Counted from the stretch's first letter, positions 42,601 to 56,922 are shown. The stretch is 64,000 nt of DNA from Eledone cirrhosa (GCA_964016885.1 OZ024741.1:36208001-36272000), one strand, 5' to 3'. A program made the numbers and translations. The notes: a model not told the origin generated them from the letters alone.

Positions 42601-45600
42601 ATGGACACTTCAGCCTATGATCTCTTCACACTGAGAACTCTTCAGCCTATGAACACTTCACACTATGAACTCTTCAGCCTATGGACTCTTCAGCCTATGA
42701 ACTCTTCATCCTTAGAACTCTTCAGGCTATTAACTCTTCACACTAAGAACTCTTCAGCCTATGAACTCTTCAGCCTATGAACTCTTCAGCCTATGGACTT
42801 TTCAGTCTATGAACTCTTCACCCTAAGAACTCTTCAGCCTATGAACTCTTCCACCTATGGACTATTCAGCCTATGGACTCTTCTCCCTAAGCACTCTTCA
42901 GCCTATGAACTCTTTACCCTAAGAACTCTTCAGCCTGTGAACTCTTCGCCCTAAGAATTCTTCAGCCTGTGGGCTCTTCACCCGAAGAACTATGTAGCCT
43001 ATGGACTCTTCAGCCTATGAACTCCTCAACCTATGGACTCTTCAGCCTATGAACTCTTCAGCCTTAAAGCTCTTCAGCCTATGAACTCTCCGCCCTAAGA
43101 ACTCTTCAGCCTATGGACTCTTCAGCCAATGGACTCTTCAGCCTATGAACTCTTCAGCCTATGGACTCTTCAGCCTATGAACTCTTCACCCTTAGAACTC
43201 TTCAGGCTATTAAGTCTTCACCCTAAGATCTCATCAGCCTATGAACTCGTCAGCCTAAGAACAATTCAGCCTATTTATTCTTCAGCCTATGGACTCTTAA
43301 GCCTATGAATTCATCACCCTAAGAACTCTTCAGCCTATGAACTCTTCAGCCTATGGACTCTTCAGCCGATGCACTCTTCTCCCTAAGAACTCTTAAGCCT
43401 ATGAACTCTTCAACCTATGGACTCTTCAGTCTTTGGACTCTTCATCCTATGAACTCTTTACCCTAAGAACTCTTCAGCCTGTGAACTCTTCACCCTAAGA
43501 ACTCTTCAGCCTATGGACTCTTCACCCTAAGAAATCTCAGCCTATGAACTCTTTACCCTAATAATTCTTCAGCCTGTGAACTCTTCACCCTTAGATCTCT
43601 TCAGCCTATGGGCTCTTCACCCTAAGAACTCTTCAGGCTATGAACTCTTCACCCTATGAACTCTTCACCCTATGAACTCTTCAGCTTATGGTCTCTTAAG
43701 CCTATGAACTCTTCAGCCTATGAACTCTTCACCCTAAGAACTCTTCAGCTTATGGACTCTTCAGCCTATGAACTCTTCAGCCTATGGACTCTTCGGCCTA
43801 TGGACTCATCAGCCTATGAGCTCTTCAGCCTATGGACTCTTCAGCCTATGAAATCTTCACCCTGAGAACTCTTCAGCCTATGAAGTCTTCAGCCTATGGA
43901 CTCTTCACCCTAAGCACTCTTAAGTCTATGGAATCTTCAACCTATATACTCTTTAGCCTATGGACACTTCAGCCTATGAACTCTTCACACTAAGAACTCT
44001 TCAGCCTATGAACTCTTCACCCTAAGAAATCTTCAGCCTATGGACTATTCAGCCTATGAACTCTTCAGCCTATGGACTCTTCAGCCTATGGACTCTTCAC
44101 ACTAAGAACTCTTCAGCCTATGGACTCTTCAGTCTATGAACTCTTCAGCCTATCAACTGTTCACCCTTAGAACACTTCAGCCTATGAACTTTTCACCCTT
44201 AGAACTCTTCAAGCTATTATCTCTTCACCCAAGAACTCTTCAGCCTATGAACTCTTCAGCCTATGGACTCTTCACTCTAAGAAGTCTTCAGCCTATGAAC
44301 TGTTCTATCTTAGAACTCTTTAGCCTAATATCTGTTCAGCCTATGAAATCTTCACCCTTAGAACTCTTCAGCCTATGAAATCTTCACACTGAGAACTCTT
44401 AAGCCTATGGACTCTTCAGCCTAAGAAATCTTCACCTTTAGAACTCTTCAGGCTATTAATTCTTCACACTAAGAACTCTTCAGCCTATTAAATTTTCACC
44501 CAAATAACTCTTCAGCCTATGGATTCTTCAGCCTATGGACTCTTCAGCCTATGCACTCTTCACCCTTAGAACTCTTCAGGCTATTAACTCTTCACCCTAA
44601 GATCTCATCAACCTATGAACTCTTCACCCTAAGAACTCTTCAGCCTATGGATTCTTCAGCCTATGGACTCTTAGGCCTATGAACTCTTCACCCTAAGATC
44701 TCTACAGCCTATGAACTCTTCAGCCTATGAACTCTTCAGCCTATGGACTCTTCAGCCAATGAACTATTCACCCTAAGAACTCTTCAGCCTATGAACACTT
44801 CAACCTATGTACTCTTCAGCCTATGGACTCTTCACTCTAAGAAATCTTCAGCCTATAGACTCTTCAGTCTATGGACCCTTCAGCCTATGAAATCTTCACC
44901 CTAAGAACTCTTCAGCCTATGGGCCCTTCACCCTAAGTACTCTTCAGCCTATGAACTCTTCAGCCTATGAACTCTTCCACCTATTGACTATTCAGCCTAT
45001 GAACTCTTCACCCTAAGCACTCTTCAGCCTATGGACTCTACAGCCTATGATCTCTTCAGCCTATGGACTCTTCAGCCTATGAACTCTTCACCCTAAGAAC
45101 TCTTCACCCTAAGAACTCTTCAGCCTATGGACTCTTCAGCCTATGGACTCTTCAGCCTATGAACTCTTCACCCTAAGAACACTTCAGCCTATGAACTCTT
45201 GAGCCTATGAACTCTTCAGCCTATGGACTCTTCAGCCTATGAACTCTTCACCCTAAGAACTCTTCAGCCTATGAACTCTTCCACCTATGGACTATTCAGC
45301 CTATGGTCTCTTCACCCTAAGCACTCTTCAACCTATGGACTCTACATCCTATGAACTCTTCAGCCTATGGACTCTTCAGCCTATGGACTCTTCAGCCTAT
45401 GAACTTTTCAGCCTATGGACTCTTCAGCCTATGAACTCTTCACCCTTAGAACTCTTCAGGCTATTAACTCTTCACCCTAAGATCTCATCAGCCTATGAAC
45501 TCTTCAGCCTAAGAAAAATTCAGCCTATTTATTCTTCAGCTTATGAACTCTTAAGCCTATGAACTCATCACCCTAAGAACTCTTCAGCCTATGAACACTT

Positions 45601-48600
45601 CAACCTATGTACTCTTCAGCCTATGGACTCTTCACTCTAAGAACTCTTCAGCCTATAGACTCTTCAGTCTATGGACCCTTCAGCCTATGAACTCTTTACC
45701 CTAAGAACTCTTCAGCCTATGAAATCTTCACCCTAAGAACTCTTCAGCCTATGGGCCCTTCACCCTAAGTACTCTTCAGCCTATGAACTCTTCAGCCTAT
45801 GAACTCTTCCACCTATTGACTATTCAGCCTATGAACTTTTCACCCTAAGCACTCTTCAGCCTATGGACTCTACAGCCTATGAACTCTTCAGCCTATGGAC
45901 TCTTCAGCCTATGAACTCTTCACCCTAAGAACTCTTCACCCTAAGAACTCTTCAGCCTATGGACTCTTCAGCCTATGGACTCTTCAGCCTATGAACTCTT
46001 CACCCTAAGAACACTTCAGCCTATGGACTCTTCAGACTATGGACTCTTCAGCCTATGGGCTCTTCACCCTAAGAAATCTTCAGGCTATGAACTCTTCACT
46101 CTATGAACTCTTCACCCTAAGAACTCTTCAGCCTATGAACTCTTCACCATAAAAACTCTTCAGCCTATGGACTCTTCACCCTAAGAACTCTTCAGCCTAT
46201 GGACTCTTCAGTGTATGAACTCTTCAGCATATGGACTCTTCAGCCTCTGGATTCTTCAGCCTATGGTCTCTTCAGCCTATAGATGCTTCAGCCTATGGAC
46301 ACTTCAGCCTATGAACTCTTGACACTAAGAACTCTTCAGCCTATGAACTCTTCAGCCTATGAACTCTTCACCCTGAGAATTCTTCAGCTTATGGACTCTT
46401 CAGCCTATGAACTCTTCAGCCTATAATCTCTTCACTCTAAGAACTCTTCAGCTTATGGACTCTTCAACCTATGAACTCTTCAGCCTATGGACTCTTCAGC
46501 CTATAGACTCATCAGCCTATGAACTCTTCAGCCTATGGACTCTTCAGCCTATGAACTCTTCACCCTAAGAACTCTTCAGCCTATGAACTCTTCAGACTAT
46601 GGACTCTTCACCCTAAGCGCTCTTCAACCTATGGAATCATCAACCTATATAATCTTCAGCCTATGGACACTTCAGCCTATGAACTCTTCACACTAAGAAC
46701 TCTTCAGCCTATGCACTCTTCACCCTAAGAAATCTGCAGCCTATGGACTATTCAGCCTATGAACTCTTTAGCCTATGGACTCTTCACACTAAGAATTCTT
46801 CAGCCTATGGATTCTTCAGGCTATGAACTCTTCAGCCTATGAACTGTTCACCATTAGAACTCTTCAGCCTATGAACTCTTCACCCTTAGAACTCTCCAGG
46901 CTATTATCTCTTCACCCAAGAACTCTTCAGCCTATGGACTCTTCAGCCTATGGACTATTCACCCTAAGAAGTCTTCAGCCTATGGACACTTGAGCCTATG
47001 AAATCTTCACCCTAAGAACTCTTCACCCTAAGAACTCTTCGGCCTATGGACTCTTCAGCCTCTGGACTCTTCAACCTATGAACTCTTTACCCTAAGAACT
47101 CTTCAGCCTGTGAACTCTTCGCCCTAAGAATTCTTCAGCCTGTGGGGTCTTCACCCGAAGATCTATTCAGCCTATGGACTCTTCAGCCTATGAACTCCTC
47201 AACCTATGGACTCTTCAGCCTATGAACTCTTCACCCTTAGAACTGTTCAGCCTATGGACTCTTCAGGCAATGGACTCTTCAGCCTATGAACTGTTCAGCC
47301 TATGGACTCTTCAGTTATGGACTCATCACCCTAAGAACTCTTCAGCCTATGGACTCTTCAGCCTATGAACTCTTCAACCTATTGACTCTTCAGCCTAAGG
47401 ACTCTTCACTCTAAGAACTCATCAGCCTATGGACTCTTCAGTCTTTGGACTCTTCAGCCTATGAACTCTTTACCCTAAGAACTCTTCAGCCTATGAACTC
47501 TTCACCCTAAGAACTCTTCAGCCTATAGGCTCTTCAGCCTATGCACTCTTCACCCTTAGAACTCTTCAGGCTATTAAATCTTCACCCTAAGTTCTCATCA
47601 ACCTATGAACTCTTCACCCTAAGAACTCTTCAGCCTATGGATTATTCAGCCTATGGACTCTTAAGCCTATGAACTCTTCACCCTAAGAACTCTTCAGCCT
47701 ATGACCTCTTCAACCTATGGACTCTTCAGCCTATGGACTCTTCAATCTACGAATTCTTCAGCCTATGGACTCTTCAGTCTATGGACCCTTCAGCCTATGG
47801 ACACTTTACCCTAAGAACTCTTCAGCCTGTGAAGTCTTCACCCTAAGAACTCTTCAGCCTATGGGCTATTCACCCTAAGTACTCTTCAGCCTATGGACTC
47901 TTCAGCCAATGAACTCTTCATCCTACGGACTCTTCCCCCTAAGAACTCTTCAGCCTATGAACTCTTCAGGCTATGAACTCTTCACTCTATGGACTCATCA
48001 TCCTAAGAACTCTTCAGCCTATGGACTCTTCAGCCTATGGACTCTTCAGCCTATGAACTCTTCAGCCTATGAACTCTTCACCCTAAGAACTCTTCAGCCT
48101 ATGAACTCTTCCACCTATGGACTATTCAGCCTATGGACTCTTCACTCTAAGCACTCTTCAGCCTATGAACTCTTCAGCGTATGGACTCTTCAGCCTATGA
48201 ACTCTTCAGCCTATGAACTCTTTACCCTAAGAACTCTTCAGCCTGTGAACTCTTCGCCCTAAGAATTCTTCAGCCTGTGGGCTCTTCACCCGAAGAACTA
48301 TTCAGCTTATGGATTCTTCAGTCTATGAACTCCTTAACCTATGGACTCTTCAGCCTATGAACTCTTCACCCTTAGAACTCTTCAGCCTATGAACCCGTGG
48401 CCCTATGGACTCTTCAGCCTATGAACTTTTCAGCCTATGGACTTTTCAGCATATGGACTCTTCACCCTAAGAACTCCTCAGCCTATGGACTCTTCAGTCT
48501 TTGGACTCTTCAGCCTTTGAACTCTTTACCCTAAGATCTCTTCAGCCTGTGAACTCTTCAACCTAAGAACTCTTCAGCCTATGGGCTCTTCAGCCTATGC

Positions 48601-51600
48601 ACTCTTCACCCTTGGAAATCTTCAGGCTATTAACTCTTCACCCTAAGATCTCATCAACCTATGAACTCTTCACCCTAAAAACTCTTCAGCCTATGGATTC
48701 TTCAGCCTATGGACTCTTAAGCCTATGAGCTCTTCACCCTAAGAACTCTTCAGCCTATGAACTCTTCAGCCTATGGACTCTTCAGCCAATGAACTCTTCA
48801 CCCTAATAACTCTTCAGCCTATGAACTCTTCAACCTAAGTACTCTTCAGCCTATGGACTCTTCACTCTAAGAAATCTTCAGCCTATGGACTCTTCAGTCT
48901 ATGGACCCTTCAGCCTATGAACTCATTAGCCTAAGTATTCTTCAGCCTATGGACTATTCTGCCTATGAACTCTTCACCCTTAGATCTCTTCAGGCTATTA
49001 ATTATTTACCCTAAGAACTGTTCAGCCTATGGACTCTTCAGCCTATGAAATCTTCAGCCTATGAACTCTTCACCCTAAGAACTCTTCACCCTAAGAACTC
49101 CTCAGCCTATGAACTCTTCAGCCTATGGACTCTTCAGCCTATGAACTCTTCACCCTAAGTACTCTTCAGCCTATGGACTCTTCAGCCTATGAACTCTTCA
49201 GCCTATGGACACTTTCAGCCTATGGACTCTTCAGTCTATGAACTCTTTACCCTAAGAACTCTTCAGCCTGTGAACTCTTCGACCTAAGAATTCTTCAGCC
49301 TGTGGGCTCCTCGCCCTAATAACTCTTCAGCCTATGGACTTTTCAGCCAATGGACTCTTCAGCCTATGAACTTTTCAGCCTATGGACTTTTCAGCCTATG
49401 GACTCTTCACCCTAAGAACTCTTCAGCCTATGGACTCTTCAGCCTATGAACTCTTCAAACTATTGACTCTTCAGCCTATGGACTCTTCACTCTAAGAACT
49501 CTTCAGCCTATGCTCTCTTCAGTCTTTGAACTCTTCAGCCTATGAACTCTTCATCCTAAGAACTCTTCAGCCTATGGACTCTTCAGCCAATGAACTCTTC
49601 AGTCTAAGGACTCTTCAGCCAATGAACTCTTCGCCCTAAGATCTCTTCAGCCTATGAACTCTTCAAACTATGGACTCTTCAGCCTATGGACTCTTCACTC
49701 TAAGAACTCTTCAGCCTATGGACTCTTCAGTCTATGGACCCTTCAGCCTATGAACTCTTTACCCTAAGAATTCTTCAGCCTGTGAACTCTTCACCCTAAG
49801 ATCTCTTCAGCCTATGGGCTCTACACCCTATGTACTCTTCAGCCTATGGACTCTTCAGCCTATGAACTCTTCATCCTATGGACTCTTCAGCCTATGAACT
49901 CTTCACTCTATGAACTCTTCACCCTAAGAACTCTTCAGCCTATGAACACTTCACCATAAAATCTCTTCAGCCTATGGACTCTTCAACCTAACAACTCTTC
50001 AGCCTATGGAATCTTCAGCCTATGGACTCTTCAGCCTGTGGATTCTTCAGCCTATGGACTCTTCAGCCTATAGAGTCTTCACCCTATGGACACTTAAGCC
50101 TATGAACTCTTCACACTAAGAACTCTTCAGCCTATGAACTCTTCAGCCTATGAACTGTTCACCCTTAGAACTCTTCGGGCTATTAACTCTTCACCCTAAG
50201 AACACTTCAGCCTCTGAACTCTTCACCCTAAGAACTCTTCAGCCTATGGACTCTCAGCCTATGGACTCATCAGCCTATGAACTCTTCACCCTAAGAACTC
50301 TTCAGCCTATGAACTCTTCAGCCGATGGACTCTTCAGCCCATGAATTCTTCACCCTAAGAACTCTTCAGCCTATGAAATCTTCCACCTATGGACTCTTCA
50401 GCCTATGGACTCTTCACCCTAAGCACTCTTCAGCCTATGGACTCTTCAACATATATACTCTTCAGCCTATCGACACTTCAGACTATGAACTCTTCACCCT
50501 AAGAACTCTTCAGCCTATGGACTCTTCAGCCTATGAACTCTTCAGCCTATGGACTCTTCAGTCCATGGACTCTTCACACTAAGAACTCTTCAGCCTATGG
50601 ACTCTTCACCCTAAGAACTCTTCAGCCTATGAACTTTTCAGTCTATGAACTCTTCAGCCTATGAACTCTTCACCATTAGAAATCTTCAGCCTATGAACTC
50701 TTCACCCTAAAACTCTTCGGCCAATGGACTCTTCAGCCTATAGACTCTTCACCCTAAGAAGTCTTCAGCCTATGAACTGTTCACTCTTAGAACTCTTTAG
50801 CCTAAGAACTGTTCAGCCTATGGACTCTTCAGCCTATGAACTCTTCACCCTTAGAACTCTTCCCCCTAAGAACTCTTCAGCCTATGAACTCTTCAGCCTA
50901 TGAACTCTTCACTCTATGAACTCTTCACCCTAAGAACTATTCAGCCTATGGACTCTTCACCCTAAGAACTCTTCAGCCTATGAACTCTTCAGTCTATGAA
51001 CTCTTCAGCCTATGAACTCTTCACCCTAAGAACTATCCAGCCTATGGACTCTTCAGCCTATGAACTCTTCAGCCTATGGACTCTTCAGCCTGTGGATTCT
51101 TCATCCTATGGACTCTTCAGCCTGTAGACTCTTCAGACTATGTACACTTCACACTAAGAACTCTTCAGCCTATGAACTCTTCAGCCTATGGACCATTCAG
51201 CCTATGGACTCTTCAGCCTATGGACCCTTCAGCCTATGGACTCTTCCCGCTAAGAATTCTTCAGCCTATGGACTTTTCTGCCTATGAACTCTTCACCCTT
51301 AGAACTCTTCAGGCTATTAACTCTTCACCCTAAGAACTCTTCAGCCTATGGACTCTTCAGCGTATGGACTCTTCAGCCTATGAACTCTTCACCCTAAGAA
51401 CTCTTCAGCCTATGAAATCTTCAGCCTATGAACTCTTCAGCCTATGGACTCTTCAGCCTATGAACTCTTCACCCTAAGAACTCTTCAGCCTATGAACTCT
51501 TCCACCTATGGACTCTTCAGCCTATGGACTCTTCACCCTAAGCACTCTTCAGCCTATGGACTCTTCAGCCTCTGAACTCTTCAGCCTATGGACTCTTCAG

Positions 51601-54600
51601 CCTATGGACTCTTCAGCCTATGAACTCTTTACCCTAAGAACTCTTCAGCCTGTGAACTCTTCGCCCTAAGAATTCTTCAGCCTGTGGGCTCTTCACCCGA
51701 AGAACTATTCAGCCTATGAAGTCCTCAACCTATGGACTCTTCAGCCTATGGACTCTTCAGTCTATGGACTCTTCACCCTAAGAAGTCTTCAGCCTATGAA
51801 CTGTTCACTCTTAGATCTCATCAGCCTAAGAACTGTTCAGCCTATGAACTCTTCACCCTAAGAACTCTTCAGCCTATGGAATCTTCAGCCTATGGACTCT
51901 TCAGCCTATGGACTCTTCACCCTAAGAAGTCTTCAGCTTATGAACTGTTCACTCTTAGAACTCTTCAGCCTAAGAACCGTTCAGCCTATGGACTCTTCAG
52001 CCTATGAACTCTTCACCCTTAGAACTCTTCAGCCTATGAACTCTTCACACTAAGAACTCTTCAGGCGATTAACTCTTCACCCTAAGAACTCTTCAGCCTA
52101 TGAACTCTTCACCCTAAGAACTCTTCAGCCTATGGACTCTTCAGTCTATGGACCCTTCAGCCTATGAACTCTTTACCCTAAGAACTCTTCAGCCTGTGAA
52201 CTCCTCACCCTAAGAACTCTTCAGCCTATGGGCCCTACACCCTATGTACTCTTCATCCTATGGACTCTTTCCCCTAAGAACTCTTCAGCCTATGAACTCT
52301 TCAGGCTATGAACTCTTCACTCTATGAACTCTTCACCCTAAGAACTCTTCAGCCTATGAACTCTTCACCATAAAAACTCTTCAGCCTATGGACTCTTTAC
52401 CCTAAGAACTCTTCAGCCTATGTATTCTTCAGGCTATGAACTCTTCAGCCTATGGACTCTTCAGCCTGTGGATTCTTCAGCCTATGGACTCTTCAGCCTG
52501 TAGACTCTTCAGCCTATGGACACTTCAGCCTATGAACTCTTCACACTAAGAACTCTTCAGCCTATGAACTCTTCAGCCTATGAACTCTTTACTCTAAGAA
52601 CTCTTCAGCTTATGGACTATTCAGCCTATGAACTCTTCAGCATATGGACTCTTCAGCCTATGGACTCTTCACGCTAAAAGTTCTTCAGCCTATGGACTAT
52701 TCTGCCTGTGAACTCTTCACCCTTAGAACTCTTCAGGCTATTAACTCTTCACCCTAAGAACTCTTCAGCCTATAGACTCTGCAGCCTATGAACTCTTCAC
52801 CCTAAGAACTCTTCAGCCTATGAACTCTTCAGCCTATGAACTCTTCAGCCAATGGACTTTTCAGCCTATGAACTCTTTACCCTAAGAACTCTTCAGCCTG
52901 TGAACTCTTCCACCTATGGACTCTCAGCCTATGGACTCTTCACCCTAAGCACTCTTCAGCCTATGGACTCTTCAGCCTATGAACTCATCAGCCTATGGAC
53001 TCTTCAGCCTATGGACTCTTCAGCCTATGAACTCTTTACCGTAAGGACTCTTCAGCCTGTGAACTCTTCGCCCTAAGAATTCTTCTGCCTGTAGGCTCTT
53101 CACCCGAAGAACTATTCAGCCTATGGACTCTTCAGCCTATGAACTCCTCAACCTATGGACTCTTCATCCTATGAACTCTTCACCCTTAGAACTCTTCAGC
53201 CTATGAACTCTTCACCCTAAGAACTCTTCAGACTATGGCCTCTTCAGCCTATGGACTCTTCAGCCTATGAACTCTTTACCCTAAGAACTCTTCAGCCTAT
53301 GGACTCTTCAGCCTATTGACTCTTCAGCCTATGAACTCTTCACCCTAAGAACACTTCAGTCTATGAACTCTTCAGCCTATGAACTATTCAGCCTATGGAC
53401 TCTTCAGCCTATGAACTCTTCACCCTAAGAACTCTTCAGCCTATGAACTCTTCCACCTATGGTCTCTTCAGCCTATAGTTCTTCACCCTAAGCACTCTTC
53501 AGCCTATGGACTCTTCACCCTAAGAACTCTTCAGCCTATGAACTCTTCACCCTAAGAACTCTTCAGCCTATGGACACTTCAGCCTATGGACTCTTCAGCC
53601 TCTGAACTCTTCACCCTTAGAGCTCTTCAGGCTATTAACTCTTCACCCTAAGAACTCATCAGCCTATGAACTCTTCACCCTAAGAACTCTTCAGCCTATG
53701 GACTCTTCAGCCTATGAACTCTTCAGCCTATGGACTCTTCAGCCAATGAACTCTTCGCCCTAAGAACTCTTCAGCCTATGAACTCTTCAACCTATGGACT
53801 CTTCAGCCTATGGACTCTTCACTCTAAGAACTCTTCAGCCTATGGACTCTTCAGTCTATGGACCCTTCAGCCTATGAACTCTTTACCCTAAGAACTCTTC
53901 AGCCTGTGAACTCTTCACCCTAAGAACTCTTCAGCCTATGGGCTCTACACCCTATGTACTCTTCAGCCTATGGAGTCTTAACCCTATGAACTCTTCATCC
54001 TATGGACTCTTCCCCCTAAGAACTCTTCAGCCTATGAACTCTTCAGGCTATGAACTCTTCACTCTATGAACTCTTCACCCTAAGAACTCTTCAGCCTATG
54101 AACTCTTCACCATAAAAACTCTTCAGCCTATGGACTCTTCACCCTAAGCACTCTTCAGCCTATGGACTCTTCAGCCTATGAACTCTTCAGCCTATGGACT
54201 CTTCAGCCTATGGACTCTTCAGCCTATGAACTCTTTACCCTAAGAACTCTTCAGCCTGTGTATTCTTCGCCCTAAGAATTCTTCAGCCTGTGGGCTCTTC
54301 ACCCGAAGAACTATTCAGCCTATGGACTCTTCAGCCTATGAACTCCTCAACCTATGGACTCTTCAGCCTATGAACTCTTCACCCTTAGAATTCTTCAGCC
54401 TATGAACTCTTCACCCTAAGAACTCTTCAGCCTATGGACTCTTCAGCCTATGAACTTTTCAGCCTATGGACTCTTCAGCCTATGGACTCTTCACCCTAAG
54501 AACTCTTCAGCCTATGGACTCTTCAGCCTATGAACTCTTCAGCATATGGACTCTTCAGCCTATGGACTCTTCAGCCTATGGACTCTTCACGCTAAAAATT

Positions 54601-55889
54601 CTTCAGCCTATGGACTATTCTGCCTATGAACTCTTCACCCTTAGAACTCTTCAGGCTATTAACTCTTCACCCTAAGAACTATTCAGCCTATGGACTCTGC
54701 AGCCTATGAACTCTTCACCCTAAGAACTCTTCAGCCTATGAACTCTTCAGCCTATGAACTCTTCAGCCTATGGACTCTTCAGCCTATGAACTCTTCACCC
54801 TAAGAACTCTTCAGCCTATGAACGCTTCCACCTATGGACTCTCAGCCTATGGACTCTTCACCCTAAGCACTCTTCAGCCTATGGACTCTTCAGCCTATGA
54901 ACTTTTCAGCCTAAGAACTCTTCAGCCAATGGACTCTTCAGCCTATGGACTCTTCACCCTAAGAAGTCTTCAGCCTATGAACTGTTCACTCTTAGAACTC
55001 ATCAGCCTAAGAACTGTTCAGCCTATGAACTGTTCACCCTAAGAACTCTTCAGCCTATGGACTCTTCAGCCTATGGACTCTTCAGCCTATGGAATCTTCA
55101 CCCTAAGAAGTCTTCGGCCTATGAACTGTTCACTCTTAGAACTCTTCAGCCTAAGAACTGTTCAGCCTATGGACTCTTCAGCCTATGAACTCTTCACCCT
55201 TAGAACTCTTCAGCCTATGAACTCTTCACACTAAGAACTCTTCAGGCTATTAACTCTTCACCCTAAGAACTCTTCAGCCTATGAACTCTTCACCCTAAGA
55301 TCTCTTCAGCCTATGGACTCTTCAGCCTATGGACTCTTCAGCCTCTGAACTCTTCACCCTTAGAGCTCTTCAGGCTATTAACTCTTCACCCTAAGAACTC
55401 ATCAGCCTATGAACTCTTCACCCTAAGAATTCTTCAGCCTATGGACTCTTCAACCTATGGACTCTTCAGCCTATGAACTCTTCACCCTAAGAACTCTTCA
55501 GCCTATGAACTCTTCAGCCTATGGACTCTTCAGCCAATGAAATCTTCACCCTGAGAACTCTTCAGCCTATGAACTATTCAACCCATGGACTCTTCAGCCT
55601 ATGGCCTCTTCACTCTAAGAACTCTTCAGCCTATGCACTCTTCAGCCTATGAACTCTTCATCCTATTAAATATCATCCAACAAGAATTGCTTCCCCTGAA
55701 TATTAACTCTCTAAAAAGGGAAATCATATCAAACCTCAGTCCACCATTTTCCTCCATCATGAAATCATGGATCAACTAATCACTCTTGCTATATTTACAC
55801 ATTTTGAACTGCTTAACTTAAAGAACTATGCCTGTAAATAACATTATTTTTTCTTCCACATTGACGTTTTATGCTCTACATTATTCCCG

Positions 55890-56040
55890 TTTTCTTTTTC
55901 TTTTTTCTTTTTACTTTTTTCTTTTTTCTTTTTTCTTTTTTTCTTTTTTCTTTTTTCTTTTTTCTTTTTTCTTTTTTCTTTTTTCTTTTTTCTTTTTTCT
56001 TTTTTCTTTTTTCTTTTTTTCTTTTTTCTCTTTTCTTTTC
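55890..56040. repeat. (TTTTTTC)n polypyrimidine microsatellite
   Basis: Directly visible T5-7C repeats. Confidence 0.95.
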
Positions 56041-56360
56041 ACTTCGTAAACCTTGTTTGTAAATAACATTATTCTTGCTGCACCTTCTGTTTAACATGTG
56101 TGACACCACACTAATACATTTCACTATCATTTGATAATGCATAAAAATGCTGAAACCGATAATAGACAATTATTAAATATATTAATAGATAAATAAATGC
56201 CATTGTTAAATAATAAATAAATCAACTAATACCTAAACACTTCACACAAAGTAAAACATTTCGTTTTAATCATTTTCTAACCCAGAAAAAAGAGAGAGAG
56301 AAACAAAAAGGAAAAAAATATTTTTTTCTTCCTAATAATCGTCTCTTTCTCCCTGTTTTC

Positions 56361-56381
56361 ATATATATATATATATATATC

Positions 56382-56443
<62 letters not shown>

Positions 56444-56490
56444 TAACTCGTGTGCTTCCTCGCCACATTTTATTATTATTAATATTATTA

Positions 56491-56559
<69 letters not shown>
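56361..56559. repeat. Two (TA)n microsatellites separated by a short spacer and (TTA)n
   Basis: TA runs at ~56361-56441 and ~56497-56559. Confidence 0.95.
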
Positions 56560-56564
<5 letters not shown>

Positions 56565-56722
56565 AGATCAAAAGATGGTTAATGGAGTTCCATGTATTTT
56601 ATTATGCGCATTTCAAAAACAAACATCATCATGCAATAATATTTGTGTTTTCACAGGAGAACATGATATGAAGGCTAAAAAACACTTGTGGATAGTGCAG
56701 TTTTAAATCAACATATCATATG

Positions 56723-56922
56723 NNNNNNNNNNNNNNNNNNNNNNNNNNNNNNNNNNNNNNNNNNNNNNNNNNNNNNNNNNNNNNNNNNNNNNNNNNNNNN
56801 NNNNNNNNNNNNNNNNNNNNNNNNNNNNNNNNNNNNNNNNNNNNNNNNNNNNNNNNNNNNNNNNNNNNNNNNNNNNNNNNNNNNNNNNNNNNNNNNNNNN
56901 NNNNNNNNNNNNNNNNNNNNNN
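56723..56922. other. Assembly gap (200 N)
   Basis: Run of N of round length; the true gap size is unknown. Confidence 0.99.

Larger units (their letters stand above)
1..55669. repeat. 16-bp tandem satellite array (~3,480 monomers), continuing beyond the window start
   Basis: Continuous head-to-tail 16-mers built on ACTCTTCA followed by GCCTATGA, GCCTATGG or CCCTAAGA. Single orientation throughout; the last recognisable unit is gaactcttcatcctattaa at ~55651-55669. Confidence 0.99.

Noticed and set aside
1-55669. CRISPR array or telomeric repeat
   Set aside because: There are no unique spacers or cas genes. The unit lacks the G-run character of telomere repeats, and a terminal position cannot be judged from this window.
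1-55669. Heat-shock-element or STAT site array from the GAA/TTC motifs
   Set aside because: Spacing is GAA-N3-TTC and TTC-N7-GAA, matching neither nGAAnnTTCn nor TTC-N3-GAA.
440-55779. Dozens of + strand ORFs with MNSSAYELFSLWTLQP-type repeats
   Set aside because: They are the 48-nt translation period of a 16-bp satellite. The same peptide appears in all three frames and is broken by frequent stops.
55828-56468. Poly-F, poly-K and (YI)n ORFs
   Set aside because: Translations of (T6C)n and (TA)n microsatellites.
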